Below are positions 40,066-55,068 of a stretch of DNA of 64,000 nt, one piece after another (the first letter of the stretch is position 1; the number at the start of each line of letters is the position of its first letter). The DNA lies in assembly GCF_006345805.1 (NCBI RefSeq), contig NC_042999.1:41540001-41604000 (forward strand), written 5' to 3'. Source of the stretch: Octopus sinensis (lineage: Eukaryota). The position numbers and the translations under genes were made by a program. The notes beneath the pieces are model-generated. The model made no database searches. It had not been told where the DNA came from and saw nothing but the letters and a program-made list of their open reading frames with translations.

Positions 40066-40439
40066 TATATATATGTATGTATATATATACATATATATAC
40101 ATATATATATATATATATACATATATATATGCACACACACACACATACACATATATATATATATAATGGCAAACTAAAGTGATGGTAATATGGTGTATGT
40201 GATTTATTGGTTAGATATACCCAGCCTTAAATATAATAACTGTTTTAACACACGATCTCACATCAAGAATCTAGCCTAATGAGTAAATGTATGTATGTAT
40301 ATGGGTGTGTGTATAGAGGTGCTCCAGCATGACCACAATGAAATCACCGGAACACGTAACAGGATACATATATATACGGTTATGTAAACAAAACAAATAT
40401 AACTGAAAGCATGAGTATGTGTATATTCTGCAAAATATT

Positions 40440-40477
<38 letters not shown>

Positions 40478-43022
40478 CGTGCGTGCACATGTGTGTGTGC
40501 ATGCATGTGTCGTTGAATACTCGAAATGACGAGTAGGTCGACAGCCCACAAATGATGAAATTCCGTTCTCCGTACAACTTATCCTGTTTTCCCTTTTCCT
40601 CTCGCTTTTTGCGCGTTTAACTCTTTTTATTTTCGTACTTCATGTTGTTTACACAGTTGGTGACGTCCTGTACCCATATATACATATATGTGCGTGCGCG
40701 TGTGTCTGTATGTGTGTGTGGATCAAAACAGTTTCATTCAAATTCGTTGGCAGTCCAAGAGTTTCAAGCGATATGCCCACATACACATATGTACAGAAGC
40801 GCACGCTCATACCATGAAGACATGTACGGAAAACCATATGAGCGTGTCCACGTACCCACATATACAACTATATACTTGCGCAAATTGCATTAAATTGAAA
40901 GCAAAGCCAACTAATTAAAATTAAGGCTTGAAATGCGTACGAATAGATCTCTGACTATCGTGTACTCCTGTTCAATCATATATCCATCGACGCAAGCAAA
41001 TATCAATACTTGAAATGGCCCATACATTTATACACATATATATTCACAGGTCTGTGTACACAGACATATACAAATACTTGCAATAGCATATATATTGCAA
41101 GTATTTTGTTCCATAGAGTGTTCTTCAGCGTTGAATTATGTCCCCTATAGATGCACCATACATATAGACATTAGTTTTCAGTGTCTTTAATGAAGTTTTA
41201 CGGTAATGCATTATCTAATATCGAAGTCGTAAATCAATATTTTGTACATTCTTTAATAGTTTATTGATTTCATATGCTATAGACGAACATGGCCGTAGAT
41301 TGGGTACCATGTGCATATCGGTTGTGGCGTGTTCGCAACAAATTTTCACACCTTTGCTACTATTTCCTTCATAAAATAATTCGTCAAACAAGGTATGGAC
41401 CCTTCATCAGTTTCCAGGTTCGTGTGACAATCCATTATTATTATTCATATCCCGACAAGTTGTTTGATTTACGAATATCATAAGTGGAGTGATGATCGTA
41501 TTAAATTACATGTATAAGCAGAGAATGTACTTGCGTCTCATATGAGAGAATAAATTCGGGCTATTTGTCTTGTCACGATTGTATACCGGTGGAAGTCATA
41601 GAAAGTGTTTGCAACGTTGCCGCTGTATATTGACTAACTTCACTCTGAATCCTAGGTAACGTGGTGGGTATTCAGTTTCAACTTAACCGTCACAGGGAAT
41701 GAGAACAAAATAGCCTTGTAATCATATATTCTTGTAGCGATACGAAGAACCTCCTTAACTTCCACTTCCGAGTGTAAACTAAGAAGTAAGCATAAATATG
41801 GAACACATGGCTGGTGGTTGCATGCTAATTTTAATTTTTAAAATTTTTTTGTCTTTTTTTCAGATCCGCAACATCTCGGTAGTTTATCTGTTTGGTCTAA
41901 GATCATATCGAGCTGTGACAAGTGAGGCAGAATGGCGGAATCATTGGAGTGTCGAGCAAAATGTATTGTGGTTTTTAATTATGGCTCCTTACATTCTGAG
42001 TTCAAATCTCGCTTAGGTCTACTGACTGGTTCCATCAAATATATTTTCAATGAAGTACGGATGACAATTTAATCACCAAAACCTCGCTTCTAAATATTAG
42101 GCCTTATGCTTGTATTACAAAAATTATTTGAGCTGTGATAGATATCAAATTCCGTGTAACTGGAATTCGCCTTTTATTATTCAGGGTATTTATAACATAA
42201 AACTTTTAATGACATTATTGGCTGAATCTAATCCACTCAAGCAACAATCGCAAACTATAGCAAAAACGTATGATCTTGTCCCTTTGACTAAAAATCATTA
42301 TTCGAGTTGTGAGTAAAATAAGATTCTTACTATTTAGATATACACAAACTTATTTTCCAACAAACTCCGAATCTCTTCTGTTTAATAGAAAACATTGATC
42401 TAACGTTAGCTATATTTTATTTTCGTATATCTTTTTTTTTTGTTTCACAAAGATCTTCCGTTTTTTTTTCTCTTTTATTCTTTTTTATCTTTTGTTTATA
42501 TTCGTTATTCATAATATAAAGTTTTACTAAAATGGCAGTTCTCCGTTTTGATTAGAAGTTACCTTAAACCATACTCTTTATCCAGGTCACGGTTATTTCT
42601 ACTTTATCACAAAAGAAACTCTGGAAAAAGTCCAAACTTTTGCTTCTGTAATAAAAGCAAACAGCGGCCATAAACACTGAATGACACACTCTCTACGTTT
42701 AGGCCATTAGAATTTGTTAGTATGGCGCTATCATGTCGAAGCTTTCTCATAGATCAAAACCGCATTTATTCATGCATATATTTATGTGCGGAGACAGCAG
42801 TCGTATATTAGACGGACAGCAGATTCATATTTATATTAGACTCTCATATAAAAGAAAATAAAAACACACAAACAAAAGAAGCGTTCAGACACTAAATAAC
42901 GCGTTTGTTCTTATATATATTAAGTAGAAGTTGTCGTGCGTGTATGTTTGTGCGCATGTATGTACTTATGTATATGGGTTTATAATCTCCCTCTCTCTGT
43001 ATATATACATATATATATTTAT

Positions 43023-43072
43023 ATATCGTTTGGTCTTGTTTCTGGAGACATTCACTTTCGAATGGTCTCGTG

Positions 43073-43111
<39 letters not shown>

Positions 43112-43212
43112 ATATATATATATCTGTATGTATATGTATATATATATATGCATGTATATATATATATATTTGTACACACACACACACACACACCACACAC
43201 ACACACACACAC

Positions 43213-43267
<55 letters not shown>

Positions 43268-43313
43268 GAGAGCGTTCGAAAGTGGATGTCGCCAGAAAAA
43301 GAGCAAACGAGAT
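43023..43313. repeat. ~48-bp imperfect inverted repeat around a TA/CA microsatellite spacer
   Basis: atatcgtttggtcttgtttctggagacattcactttcgaatggtctcg (43023-43070) versus the reverse complement of 43267-43313. Confidence 0.85.
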
Positions 43314-44212
43314 TTAGACCAACCGCAGCAAGTACTCCAAGAAGAAGCATCTCTAATTACTGTTTATTTATCTATATTCATTGCTTATTGATTAATTCGT
43401 TTATTCATTTACTTATTTAATTCATCGATGGTGGTAACAGCAAGCCACAGATTTTTTTCCTTATATAGACCTTCGCTATTGCCTACTTAATCACACACAC
43501 ACCTACACAAATACACACTGAAAATACACAGATACACACACGTATGTATGTATTATGTATATATTGTATATATGCATATTTGCATGTATGTATGCGTGTA
43601 TGTATTGTATTTTATGTGTGTATGGAACTGTTGTGGTGCCATAGAGCAACATGGCTTGTAGACTGTATATGTATATTTCATTGATAACAGAGAGATTGAT
43701 TACTATAATCTCCTCTAAGCTACATATCGTAATTTAAACATCAAGACGTAGAAAAAATACTTTTTTTTCTTACATATATGTGTATAAATATACACAAATC
43801 TTCATATATTCATAACCACAAAATTATATATGCACTCACATACACATATATACACATATATACATGCAAAGATTTATACTAAATATCCACAAAGTACATA
43901 GATACAATCACACATAGACACACAAAAACACATGCATACATACAAACATACACACACATATATACACACATGTATGTATATATATATATATATGTGTGTG
44001 TGTGTATATATATATATATGTATATACATACATGCAAACATATTTGCACATGTATAGATATATATATACATAAATTCATATGTATATATAGTAATAGATA
44101 CATAATGATATATACACCACAAACACACATATATATATATAATTATATTATATATATATATACACATATATAGATACTACATATATATGTATGAATACAT
44201 ATATATATATAC

Positions 44213-44316
<104 letters not shown>

Positions 44317-44693
44317 ATATATATATATATAGTTCTAGAGAGGGAGAGAGAAAGGGTATGCACACATATATACGAGCGCGCACACATACACACGAAGGCA
44401 GATATGAATAACTGTTATATCGCTATTATATTCCAGAGAAACATAAAACACCTCATATATTGTTTGGTTTCCGAAGATAACCAAATGATGTATTCGAGAT
44501 TGGCAGATGCCCAGCTATTTAAGTATTCTTTAATTGGTCCAGCTGGCATTTATCGTACCGTTTTGTGTCTAAGTGCTTCGGGGATTTCCTAAATCTTTAT
44601 GTTGAAACTTCTCTTCTGAATGGTAAACGGAACTTTGCTTGGGCACTGTGTGAGCGAATTTTTCTGAGAAACGAAAGAACACTTCAGGGCGTA

Positions 44694-45270
44694 AATGATG
44701 ATGATGGTGATGATGATGATGATGAGGAGGAGGAGGAGGGGGAAGTGGAGGAGGTGGACGACGACGACGAGGAGCGCGAGAAGAAGAAGAAGGAGAAGAA
44801 GAAGAAGAAGAAGAAGAAGAAGAAGAAGAAAAAGGAGAAGAAGGAGAAGATGATGGAGAAGAAGAAGAAGAAGAAGAAGAAGAAGAAGAAGAACAACAAC
44901 AACAAGTGGAAGAAGAAGAAAAAGAAGAAGAGGAAGGAGAGGAATAAGAAGTCGAAGGAGCACGAGAAGAAGAAGAAGAAGAAGAAGAAGAAGAAGAAGA
45001 AGAAGAAGAAGAAGAAGAAGAAGAAGAAGAAGAAGAAGAAGAAGAAGAAGAAGGATGAAGAAGAAGAATTGGATGAAAAAGAAAAGGAAGTGGAAGTGGA
45101 AGAAGAGGAAGGAGAAGAAGTACAACAACAACAAAACGAAGAGGACAACATACAGGACCATCACGACGACAATGTTGATGAAAAGGATGATCAGAGGAAA
45201 GAGGGCGGAAAATGAGGTAGCGGAAAGGGAGATGGTGGTGGAGATGGTGGTGATGGTAGTGGTGGTAAAA
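44694..45270. repeat. (GAT)n-(GAG)n-(GAA)n trinucleotide array
   Basis: Directly visible; the ORFs on both strands are homopolymeric. Confidence 0.95.
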
Positions 45271-46147
45271 GTGAGAAATAAAACATAGGTGAGTTATAAG
45301 GGTCAATATCGAAACGGTCATGAGAAACGTGTTCAGGGTATATAATCTTGCGTAGCTGATATCAGTTTCTGTAATGAACGTAGCCTTTAATTTCTATAAT
45401 TGAGGTCGTTTGGCCGATTTCCAGTGAGATATGTTCCTTTGCTGTTAGCTAATCAGAGAAACAAAGCTGCTGTAACCTTTAGAGGTACTTTTATGCCGGC
45501 TAGATTGTTGTAATGGACGTATATTTAAATATCTCAGTAGAGGAAGTCGATAGGGTATCCCTGAAGATGGATTATTTGTGGAAGTATGATTGAGTTCATT
45601 GTTTAAGGTTGAATTGTATTTTTGTGAAAGCACATGACGTATTACTAGTGGGAATGTGATGGGTCATTTAATTGTTCCTAGGTTGAGCAGAATACAAAGT
45701 TAAAAGTAGCAGGGAAGTTTTATTCTGTTGCAGTATCATTAGAAGACACAAGGAACTGAAATAACTTGGCAGCGTCCATTTCTCTTTAAAGGGCCTTAAG
45801 CCCTAGTAGGAGAAATGATGGAGGAAAATATCTCCACACTAGAAAGAGTGTCCAAATGCTTACAGCAGAGTAGACGGAGGGTGGGGAGCCTTCACCCAAG
45901 TACGGGTGAGATTTGAACTCAGAACGCAAAGAGCAAGAATAAATTCCATAATTGTTTCGGTGTTCTTACTTTTCTGTGTACCCACTAAATTGGAATGGAA
46001 TATTTTAATTGAACCCGAAAAGAAGAGAAGCAAATTTAACGACCTTGGAATTTATCTGATTCCCCTCATTGCCCACTAAACACAATGATCTGAAAGCTTA
46101 TCCTATGCTTGTAATATATACATGTGAAACTAAATTAATCTTCCTCA

Positions 46148-46188
<41 letters not shown>

Positions 46189-48198
46189 ACTTGTTTGATA
46201 TCGGTTACAGGAGATGAAAATAATATATGAATAACATACCCACCTGATATAGTTTTTATCCTAACTACCCTTAAATTTTCATCAATAAAATTCGTTTCCA
46301 GATTATTCTCACATATTATATGATATGTCAATGAAAGGAATTGGTGCTATTTCGGAATTGATATCGTATATGTTTTATGTGTAGTCTTAGTTGCTCCTCT
46401 CATTCGTATAAGAATTGATCGAATATGTACATAGTACTGAAAATGTTATATCCTGTTCTGCTCTACGTATGTTAGTTATGATTTCAGCCGTTACTATATG
46501 AAACAGTTTATCAATGTTAATAGAAAAATTTCCACTTGGATTTACTTAAAAGTCAGCTAAGTTTAATCTCTGCAACAATTCACAAATATCCTCCGCGAAT
46601 TCCTTAATGCTCTCAAAAATTATGTGTTGGTCCCCTGAAGAGCTTTTATATTAAGTGATTATAGTAAAAATGAGCCATCATAGGCTTTCAGAAATTATAT
46701 TTATTTTCGAAAATATATAACGTTCTAAAAGGTAAAAGAAAAATTTAGCAAAATCTATGGAATGAGTGACAGAGTTATATTTTTGTGCATATTTCTTTGA
46801 AGTCTGGTTTAATGGCAAACAGCTGCATTTTCCTATCTGTCTAAGCATTTAATCTATGGTAACAATTTTTCTTTTTCTTTTTGAGTATGCAGAAAATCTT
46901 GTTCCACTTAAATATGTAGATGGGAAGCGACAAAGTACTTTAATAACGCTGGCTGATAGCAGCAAATATTTTTCTTTCATAGTAAACCAAAATTCAGAGT
47001 ATTTTAAATATGCTTCATAAGAAAAGCGGAATCTGAAGTGATGTTAATAAACGTTTCATACTCTGCCGCAAATAAATTTGCTGGTCTTCGTTACAAATTT
47101 AATGGACCGTTAATCTATGCTTCATTTTGTAACATGATGCTTTGATTATTTGGAAAGCATTTACTTACTGAATTATATACATATTCTAAGTAGATTCACG
47201 TCATTAAAATGCATCGATAATTCATTTGCACTGGTGTCACTAACCCACTTAGCTCGATATATCTTTCAGAAATTGTAATTTCATGTTACCTGCTTACTTA
47301 CTATGAAACGTTTACTTCATCTATTTGGGAAAAAAATCTCAGCCAAGTCGGACCAACTACAGCTTGTTCACCATTGTTATGCTCCACAGAAGAAGAAAAA
47401 AACCTGATGGCGCATTTCTTAGTTCAAAATCACACATTAAAACCTTTCCACAAGATAGCAACTGTATTTCGGTATGCAATTGAAAGATGTTGTGGGTATT
47501 TCTCATTTCCTTTTCACAGGTCATTACAGAAAGGTTAGGTTTTCACAGAATTAATAACTCTACTGTGTTATCAAGAACCATGATATTTTTTAACGGTAAC
47601 AGCAAGATAGTACAATTCCAATGGTGATACGTACGGTTATGATAAAAATCAATTGTACCGACCTTATATTTTACACAATCAGCACAGATATATGTACAAT
47701 TACTCCACGGTAGAATGTCAGTTTTAAAGATCTCAGTAATCTGAACAACTTCACTGCTACTTATAGTGCCCAGCAAATCTTGCTAAAGAGCAACTCCTCT
47801 TCAATTCTTCGTTGATAGGGAAAACTTAAAAAAACAAATTAACAATTCCAGAAAAATTTATTGATTTATCTACTCGCATGGTAAATTTAAAATTTTGATT
47901 TCGAGTAACTAGCTCAGTGCTAGTTGATAATTTTTTTTAACCGATCATGTTATGTTTACCATCAAGAACTGGAACCATCGTGACTTCTTTCACTCACTTC
48001 TCACTCAGCAGGGATTCACATATATCTGCAACAAAAGTATTTTCATGTTGCTTAACTATTTTTAATACAACTCCAGTAAACGTGATGCGAGAATTTCCTC
48101 TGTAAGAAGTTTTTATGCTTTTGTGAATTTTGTGTATGAAATGTACTAAATGGATTTATGCTTTTGGTTAAGTTCATGACAGCTGTAAAAAGTATATA

Positions 48199-48469
48199 CA
48201 GTAATACCTCGACTATCGCGGGCGTTACCTTCCAAAACCCCACGCGATAGGTGAACACCCACGAAGTAGAAACAGTACTGTACAGTATTTTTTATTTTTA
48301 TTTCTATATTTTTTTCGTTTTTCTTGTTTCAGCTCAGAGCTGCAGCCATACTGATGCAATTTATATATATCTATTTGAATATAAACGCAAAACAACACAA
48401 CAGAGAAATCCATGTAAGCTTAAATAATAAGCCGTGATAGGTGAACCGCGATATGGCGAGGGTTTACTT
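48199..48469. mobile_element. Tc1/mariner-superfamily (Tigger/pogo-like) MITE
   Basis: TA|cagtaatacctcgactatcgcgg ... ccgcgatatggcgagggtttactt|TA imperfect TIRs; internal repeat gataggtgaac. Confidence 0.65.
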
Positions 48470-49104
48470 TATATTTCTCTTTTCTCAACGTTTAGCCTCT
48501 CAATGACCTTGTACCTTAATTGGGACAAAAGCCATGTTTGATAATGTTTTCTGGGATGATATGCAACAAGGTGAATCAATAAAGGCTATAAAGCTGAGAG
48601 AAAGATATTCATCGTAGTATCAGCATTTTCTGTTGACAACGCATTGCAGATTTTTCGATTAAGATTAGTGGTTTTCCCTCTTCTAGGAACATTCACTCAA
48701 TCTGAGAACAAAAATCGGAGAAAACAACTTTAACGTCAACACCGTATTTAGTCAGAGATTTAGTTTGTCTCTACAATAATTTTATTTTTAAGTTAACGAA
48801 ACATTCTTTAAAATGAAGTAAAATTATTAATTAAACCACATAAAGAATAACTAAAACAATATATAAACATAACTCCAAACAGTATTTTTAAGGCTTATGT
48901 AGACACTTATTCAAATTATTTCAGTTAGGAGGCTCACCTCTGATATTTTCATTTGAAAAAAGGGATTAATTTAACGTTTTATATTTTATTAAAATATAAA
49001 AGGAGTTTGATAAAAAGAAAAGTCTTATATATACTATTTCAAGTTAGGAAATATTTTAATTGAAATACATCTTGGAAGAAATATATTTGCCATTTACAAA
49101 CATG

Positions 49105-50322
49105 CGAGGGTCGGCTCAAAAGTGCATAAACTGACCAAGATATTCTCATGGAATGTAGCCAAATGATGGTTATCAACATTGTCCACCTTGCGGTCCACAC
49201 GCTTCTTCTATTGGTATTGTTGTGCTTCTATTGGTATTGATGAAGTATCTTTCATCCAGTCGGTCAGAAAAGGCAACAGTAGATAAGACGTCATTATCAC
49301 TGCGATACAGGTTACCAGCCAAATATGTTTTCATACTGTGGAACAGATGATAGATGGGGTCCAAATCATAAGAATAGGGAGGATGATTAACCATCTGTAC
49401 ACGCACAGCAACCATTGATATCTAGGTCTTATGTGGCAGAGCATTGTCTTCGTGAAACAAGATCCGTTCGTCAGTTTTCCTAAGAGCTTGGTCTTGATAG
49501 CCTTTCGTATTTGCCTCAGCAATTTGGCATATTCCTCTTCATAGATGGTGTGGCCCTCTCAAAAATAGTCAATTAACGCAATGCATTCTGTATCCGAAAA
49601 ACTGAGTCCATCATCCTCCTTACAGATGAAACGACCTTGGCCCTCTTTGGAGAAAATGCTGAGGAAGTTTCTGTTGCATGTGTCTGGCTAAAAGTGATGA
49701 ACACAAACTCACTCTAGGTTAGGAAACGTTCAAGGAAACCATTTGGAAACATCTCAAACAGTTTCAGATGTTCCCGTGATGCGATCAAACTCGTGCGCTT
49801 TTGATCAGGTATCAGAAGACACGACATTCAGAAACCTTCGTTATGCCAAGTTTATTATGCAAAATATTCTCAACTTCTCACAGGATATGCTAATACCATT
49901 AGCTATTTTATTTATAGTCATTCGTTTGTCATCAATCATCATGTGGCAAACATGACCAATGTTTCCCACGGAGGCGTCATTTACAGGACGTCCATACTTT
50001 GGGTTATCTTCAAGACCATTCCTTTCTCTCCTAAATTCAGCTTCCAACTTTTGTACCGTTGAAAAAACTGGAGCATTATCCCCGAATGTAGTCCAAATAA
50101 GCCTGAATGTCCTAGGGGGCTAATCCTTTTATTCTGCAGGTACTTGGTAGCATCATTTTGGAAGATTTTGGAAAGTCAGATGTCAGTTTACGTTGACAGG
50201 AACTATGCAGTTATGCAGTTATTAATAAAAATAGTTCAAAATTAACACAAGCAAGATTTAGCATGCACACCTCTAGCATCGCTCCTTCATAGTCAGTCTA
50301 TAAATATTTCAGCTCACCCTCG
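49105..50322 (-). mobile_element. Mariner element, full span, heavily degenerate transposase
   Basis: Imperfect TIRs cgagggtcggctcaaaagtgcataaactgac / gtcagtctataaatatttcagctcaccctcg|TA; EFRRERNGLEDNPKYGRP, LRQIRKAIKTKLLGKL and HPPYSYDLDP. Confidence 0.85.
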
Positions 50323-50758
50323 TAAAAACTGTTGAAATTTATTTAACATTTATTTTTGTGCGTCGGAAATGGTTACAATGGTTTTTCCATGATGGAAAGC
50401 TTCAGTTTCAACATATTGAATTTGACCATGTTATTTAATAGACAAATACAACTCATAAATTATTGCTGTCAGTTAGTTTTATACTTATAATGCAGCAAAG
50501 AACATCGTCGAAAAAGTTAGATTTCTTTAAAATTGTTATAAATTCAATTTTTCAAAACAATTTCCAAAACATCGCAAATGAATCGAGGGGAAAATTACAA
50601 AAAAGAAAAGAAGAGACTTCGACAAAGGATTGATTTAGTGTAATATTTATGCGATTGATTAATTCAGAATATTGAATACTTCATTCTGTTTTGGTAAACG
50701 TGTGAATGCTGTTATATAAATTATGATTGTGCATAAGTTACGAGTTGAAAGTTAACAT

Positions 50759-50918
50759 GGCGTAGGAGTGGCTGTGTGGTAAGTAGCTTGTTTACGAACA
50801 ACATGGTTCCGAGTTCAGTCCACCTTGGGCAAGTGTCTTCTACTATAGCCGCGGGCCCACCAAAGCTTTGTGAGTGGATTTGGTAGACGGAAACTGAAAG
50901 AAGCCCGTCGTATATATG

Positions 50919-50950
<32 letters not shown>

Positions 50951-51190
50951 ATATATATATGTATATGTGTATATGTTTGTGTGTCTGTGTTTGTCCCCCC
51001 AACATTGCTTGACAACCGATGCTAGTGTGCTTACGTCCCCGTAACTTAGCGGTTCGGCAAAAGAGACCGATAGAATAAGCAATAGGCTTACAAAGAATAA
51101 GTCCCGTGGTCGACTTGCTCGACTAAAGGCGGTGCTCCAGCATGGCCACAGTCAAATGACTGAAACAAGTAAAAGAAAAGAAAGAAAAAG
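50759..51190 (+). mobile_element. SINE family A, full length
   Basis: ggcgtaggagtggctgtgtggtaagtagc...gaaacaagtaaaag. Confidence 0.9.
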
Positions 51191-51199
51191 AATGCAACT

Positions 51200-51789
51200 T
51201 ACGGCGACGAGGCAATGAGTTGTAGGCAAAGTTTCGGGTGGCACGGGTGATCAAAAAGTAGGTGAAAGTCCCTGGGAGACGATGAGTGATTGGGAGACCT
51301 ACCACGAACGTCACCCCCGGAAATGTGTATTGTGCATCGAGAATACGTCCCCCGGTACCAGGCCGTTCTATTGCGATGTTTGAAGCGTTTGAGGGAGAAC
51401 ATTCAGCGAAAGCGACCGAATCTGTGGAGCGCAAGGAATTGGATTCTTCACGAGAAAAATGTACCCCGTCGCGGAGCAGTCCTCACTTGTGAGTTTCCCG
51501 TCAAACGTAACATGGCATGTCTTCCACACCAGCCGTATTCACCAGATTTAGCACTTGCAGACTTCCAGCTCCCCCACCCCACCAGATAAAAATGCAGCTG
51601 AAAAGTCACCATTTTAACACATTTGTCGAGATGAAGAGCGAATCGCAGAAGGTTCTCGATTCACTTACGGAAAACGACTTCCTGGCCGAATTCCAAATGT
51701 GACTATTTCGAAGATGACGTTAAACCTGAGGTAAATAAGATACTTTTTATTAAACATAACTAGTCCGCGAATTTTGTGATACCACCTCG
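51200..51789 (+). mobile_element. Mariner 3' fragment with terminal repeat
   Basis: IVHREYVP, LKRLRENIQRKRPNLW and LPHQPYSPDLALADF; ends ttttgtgataccacctcg|TA. Confidence 0.8.
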
Positions 51790-54189
51790 TATTATATGAT
51801 TCTTTACAGTAGCTGTTATATGGATTGTCTAAAATATATGTGGCAGTCTTCTGGTGTCTTGTTTCTTTCCATTTTCCTAATGAAAATTGCGACTGCTCCA
51901 CAATAACACTCATATCTATATTTTCATATTTCTTCATAATCAATGTTTTTAATAACCTATAAACTACTTAAATTCTCACCGAGCCAACAAAAGCATCGAA
52001 CCAAAACAAAAGAGAAGCCTTTATGGTGTAGTTTGAAACAGCTTGAAACAGCAGACAAATCTCTTTCAAATTGTTGCCTACTTTCTAATATAAAGAAAAT
52101 ACATCCTTACATAATATAGGTTTGAAATGTTGGCACAAGGCCAGTAAGTGTGAGGAAGAAATAAAGTCGATTACATCAACCCCAGTGCTCAACTAGTACT
52201 TATATTATTGCATTATATAGTTCCATATATTCATTCTCATATAAAAACAGACGAAGACAGAATTGAACGTCTGTCCCCATATCTCGATGATAGGTTAACC
52301 TATATTTAAACAAAAACAACAACAAAAATGATAAAGTTTATTGCATAAATCTTATGTTTGTTGTTAAATATGATAAACTTTATATTTTATAAACTTTACC
52401 ATGTTTGTCGCTGAAAATTTCAAATTGAATATAAACACATAAATCAGACATCAAATGAAAAATATCGAGCATTTAAGCAGATTCAGTTTCTTGGATTTTA
52501 TATATAATTAATTTTATATTCACGTAAAAAAACACTAAGCTTTAAACCATGGTTCTTGATAATGAGATGTCTTATTCATGTTGTAATCCTGTCAAAGATA
52601 ACTTTGAGGTGTATTCAAAATACAAGTTTTACATGCCGAGCTTAAAATATATGGTAACAAAAACAACAACCCGTCTAAACACCCAGTTACCCTCAGATTT
52701 TTTGCCCTTCCGGGAGCTCACACTGTCCCCAGGTAGGACCAACAAACCGACCAACCACTTTAAGGACCATTTCTTTAAGACAATTCATTTTAAAATCCAT
52801 TCAACAACCATGTTTCAAAAGAATACAAAAACAGAGGCAATTCATTTTTTATTATTCTTAACCCAAGTCTCTGTATAAATACTTAACCTGTCACTGGCAG
52901 TCGAAATTTTATAAGTGACAGATATATCAAGACAAGGTGACATTTATAACCAACAGAATTCAGGTAGGAAAAGCTAGAAAGCTATTATTTATGGCGTATA
53001 TACAATCCTGTTTAATGTGATTCAGTGTATCTAGAAACATAAGAACTGCAAAGGTTAGGGTTATGTGTTAAAGCTTCACTCTAAAGAGAATTAGACATGA
53101 GGAGGGGATGAAACGTGGGAGCGAAGTTAAAATATTTCATGACTTTCCTTGACAGTTTGATAGGCAAACGCACTAACAACAATGCTATCACGTGGAAAGC
53201 AATGACAACAAATGTTTATCAACACCACCACCAACAATAACAACAACAACATTGATATCAACGTCACCAGCAACACAATTATAATTTGTTAATTAGCGAT
53301 GGATACTCAAATTTCTGGTGCTAGGGGATTTAACGCTGTAATTGAAGCTGATGAAATCCTTAAATCAAATTCTGACGTCTATTCCATTAGCCAATAATGT
53401 ACCACGTATCACGCTGGCTTCTTAATTAGGAAAGAAACCATAGGCTAGTAGGGTCATATGTATGCTCTACCCAGGTCATACTGGCAACTTTCAAGTGGTA
53501 TAGTCTGTGAGAACAGAGGGCGCTAACCGAAAGCCGCACGAGGAATTCGGGTGAACACGATAGAAATTTTGTAATATAAATGTATGTGTATCGGCGTATG
53601 TGGGTGTATATGATGGATCTTCGTCGGTTACCACGATAAAAATTCAGCTGTTTAATCAACTGAGTTGCTTGGACATTGAATTACCAAGTGTCCAACCATA
53701 TTCTATAAACGCGCGCACGCACACACACTCATATACACGCGCACACACACTTTAATTCACGGACGGTCACACCAGACACACACCTGCATATTTAATTCAC
53801 ATTCAGACAGAATCTGCCTGATTTAATGTTTGACCAAACTATTCCACTGAATTACATTACAATATATCCGTGAGGCTTCAGCATAGTTTCTGTCTATACA
53901 GCTTCATTCATTAGGATCTTCAAGATGCCATCGTGACCAAGTGGTTCGAGAGATGACCCCAGCATGATATGGTCGCGTGTTCGATTTTTGAAAATGGCTG
54001 TTTCGTTGAGTGCTTGACTGAGGTACTTGATGTTACATTACTACTATCGTGGCGTAGTCTTCTCGACTAATGCTGACCACAACTGCGTAAAAGTAAAAAA
54101 TGATTTTAAAAATACACAGCACCACCACCAACGACAACAACGAAAATAGCAAAACAATGTTGAAGTTAGCTGATATAGGATACTGAACG

Positions 54190-54614
54190 CTCTTTTACTC
54201 TTTTACTTGTATCAGTCATTTTGATTGCGGCCATGCTGAAGCACCGCTTTTAGTCGAGCAAATCGGACCTAGGACTTATTCTTTGTAAGCATAGTACTTA
54301 TTCTATCGGTCTCTTTCGCCGAACCACTAAGTTACGGGGACGTAAACATGCCTGCATCGGTTGTCAACAATGTTGGGTGGACAAACATAGACACAATACA
54401 CACACACACATACATACATACAAACATATATATATATATACACATATATACGGCGGGCTTCTTTCAGTTTCCGTCTACCAAATCCACTCACAAGGCTTTG
54501 GTTAGCCCGAGGCTATAGTAGAAGACACTTGCCCAAGGTGCCACGCAGTGGGACTGAACCTGAAACCATGTGGTTGGTAAGCAAGCTACTTACCACAGAG
54601 CCACTCCTACGCCT
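54190..54614 (-). mobile_element. SINE family A, full length
   Basis: Reverse complement of 50759-51190. Confidence 0.9.
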
Positions 54615-55068
54615 ATTGATGAATTCTTAAGAAGTAGCAGCGAAGTTGACCCAATTACTATTAAAAGTCGTTAAATTGTAACACATGAATAGTAATCCTA
54701 GATAGAATTGCTGACACAAATGTTTTCAAAAGGCTGGAAATTATGAGAGATTTCTTTTGGTAATTAGAGTCAGGGGTTGAATATCAATGACAACAACATC
54801 TAGCGAGAGTTAGTAATATCATAAAGTGCAAAAAGAGAACCACAAAATCCTGAACGCCACCTACAGCATCACAACCACCACCGCCAACAAAATCATGATC
54901 AATAAGAACATGAAAAACAATAACGAAGAACCAAAGCAATGCCTTCATTAATAATCATCAAAACATCACACTCGTCCAAATGAATTTGCGAAATAACAAG
55001 GGCGTTTTTGCACAGCCACTCAACATTATAGAAACAGAAGACTCATTTCTCTGAAATAACATTGCATA

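Noticed and set aside
41290-41415. Minus-strand ctgatga followed by gggtccat...atggtaccc stem
   Set aside because: GAAA, the cleavage triplet and the helix I partner are not recognisable; too decayed to call a hammerhead.
44565-45321. 216-aa K/E/D-rich and 250-aa S/P/H-rich ORFs
   Set aside because: Pure (GAA)n/(GAT)n trinucleotide array that is open in several frames on both strands; no domain and no splice evidence.
46630-46720. ccctgaagagc as a hammerhead start; nearby FNLCNN resembling a GIY-YIG tail
   Set aside because: No matching helix II closure, GAAA or helix I partner; protein similarity too weak.
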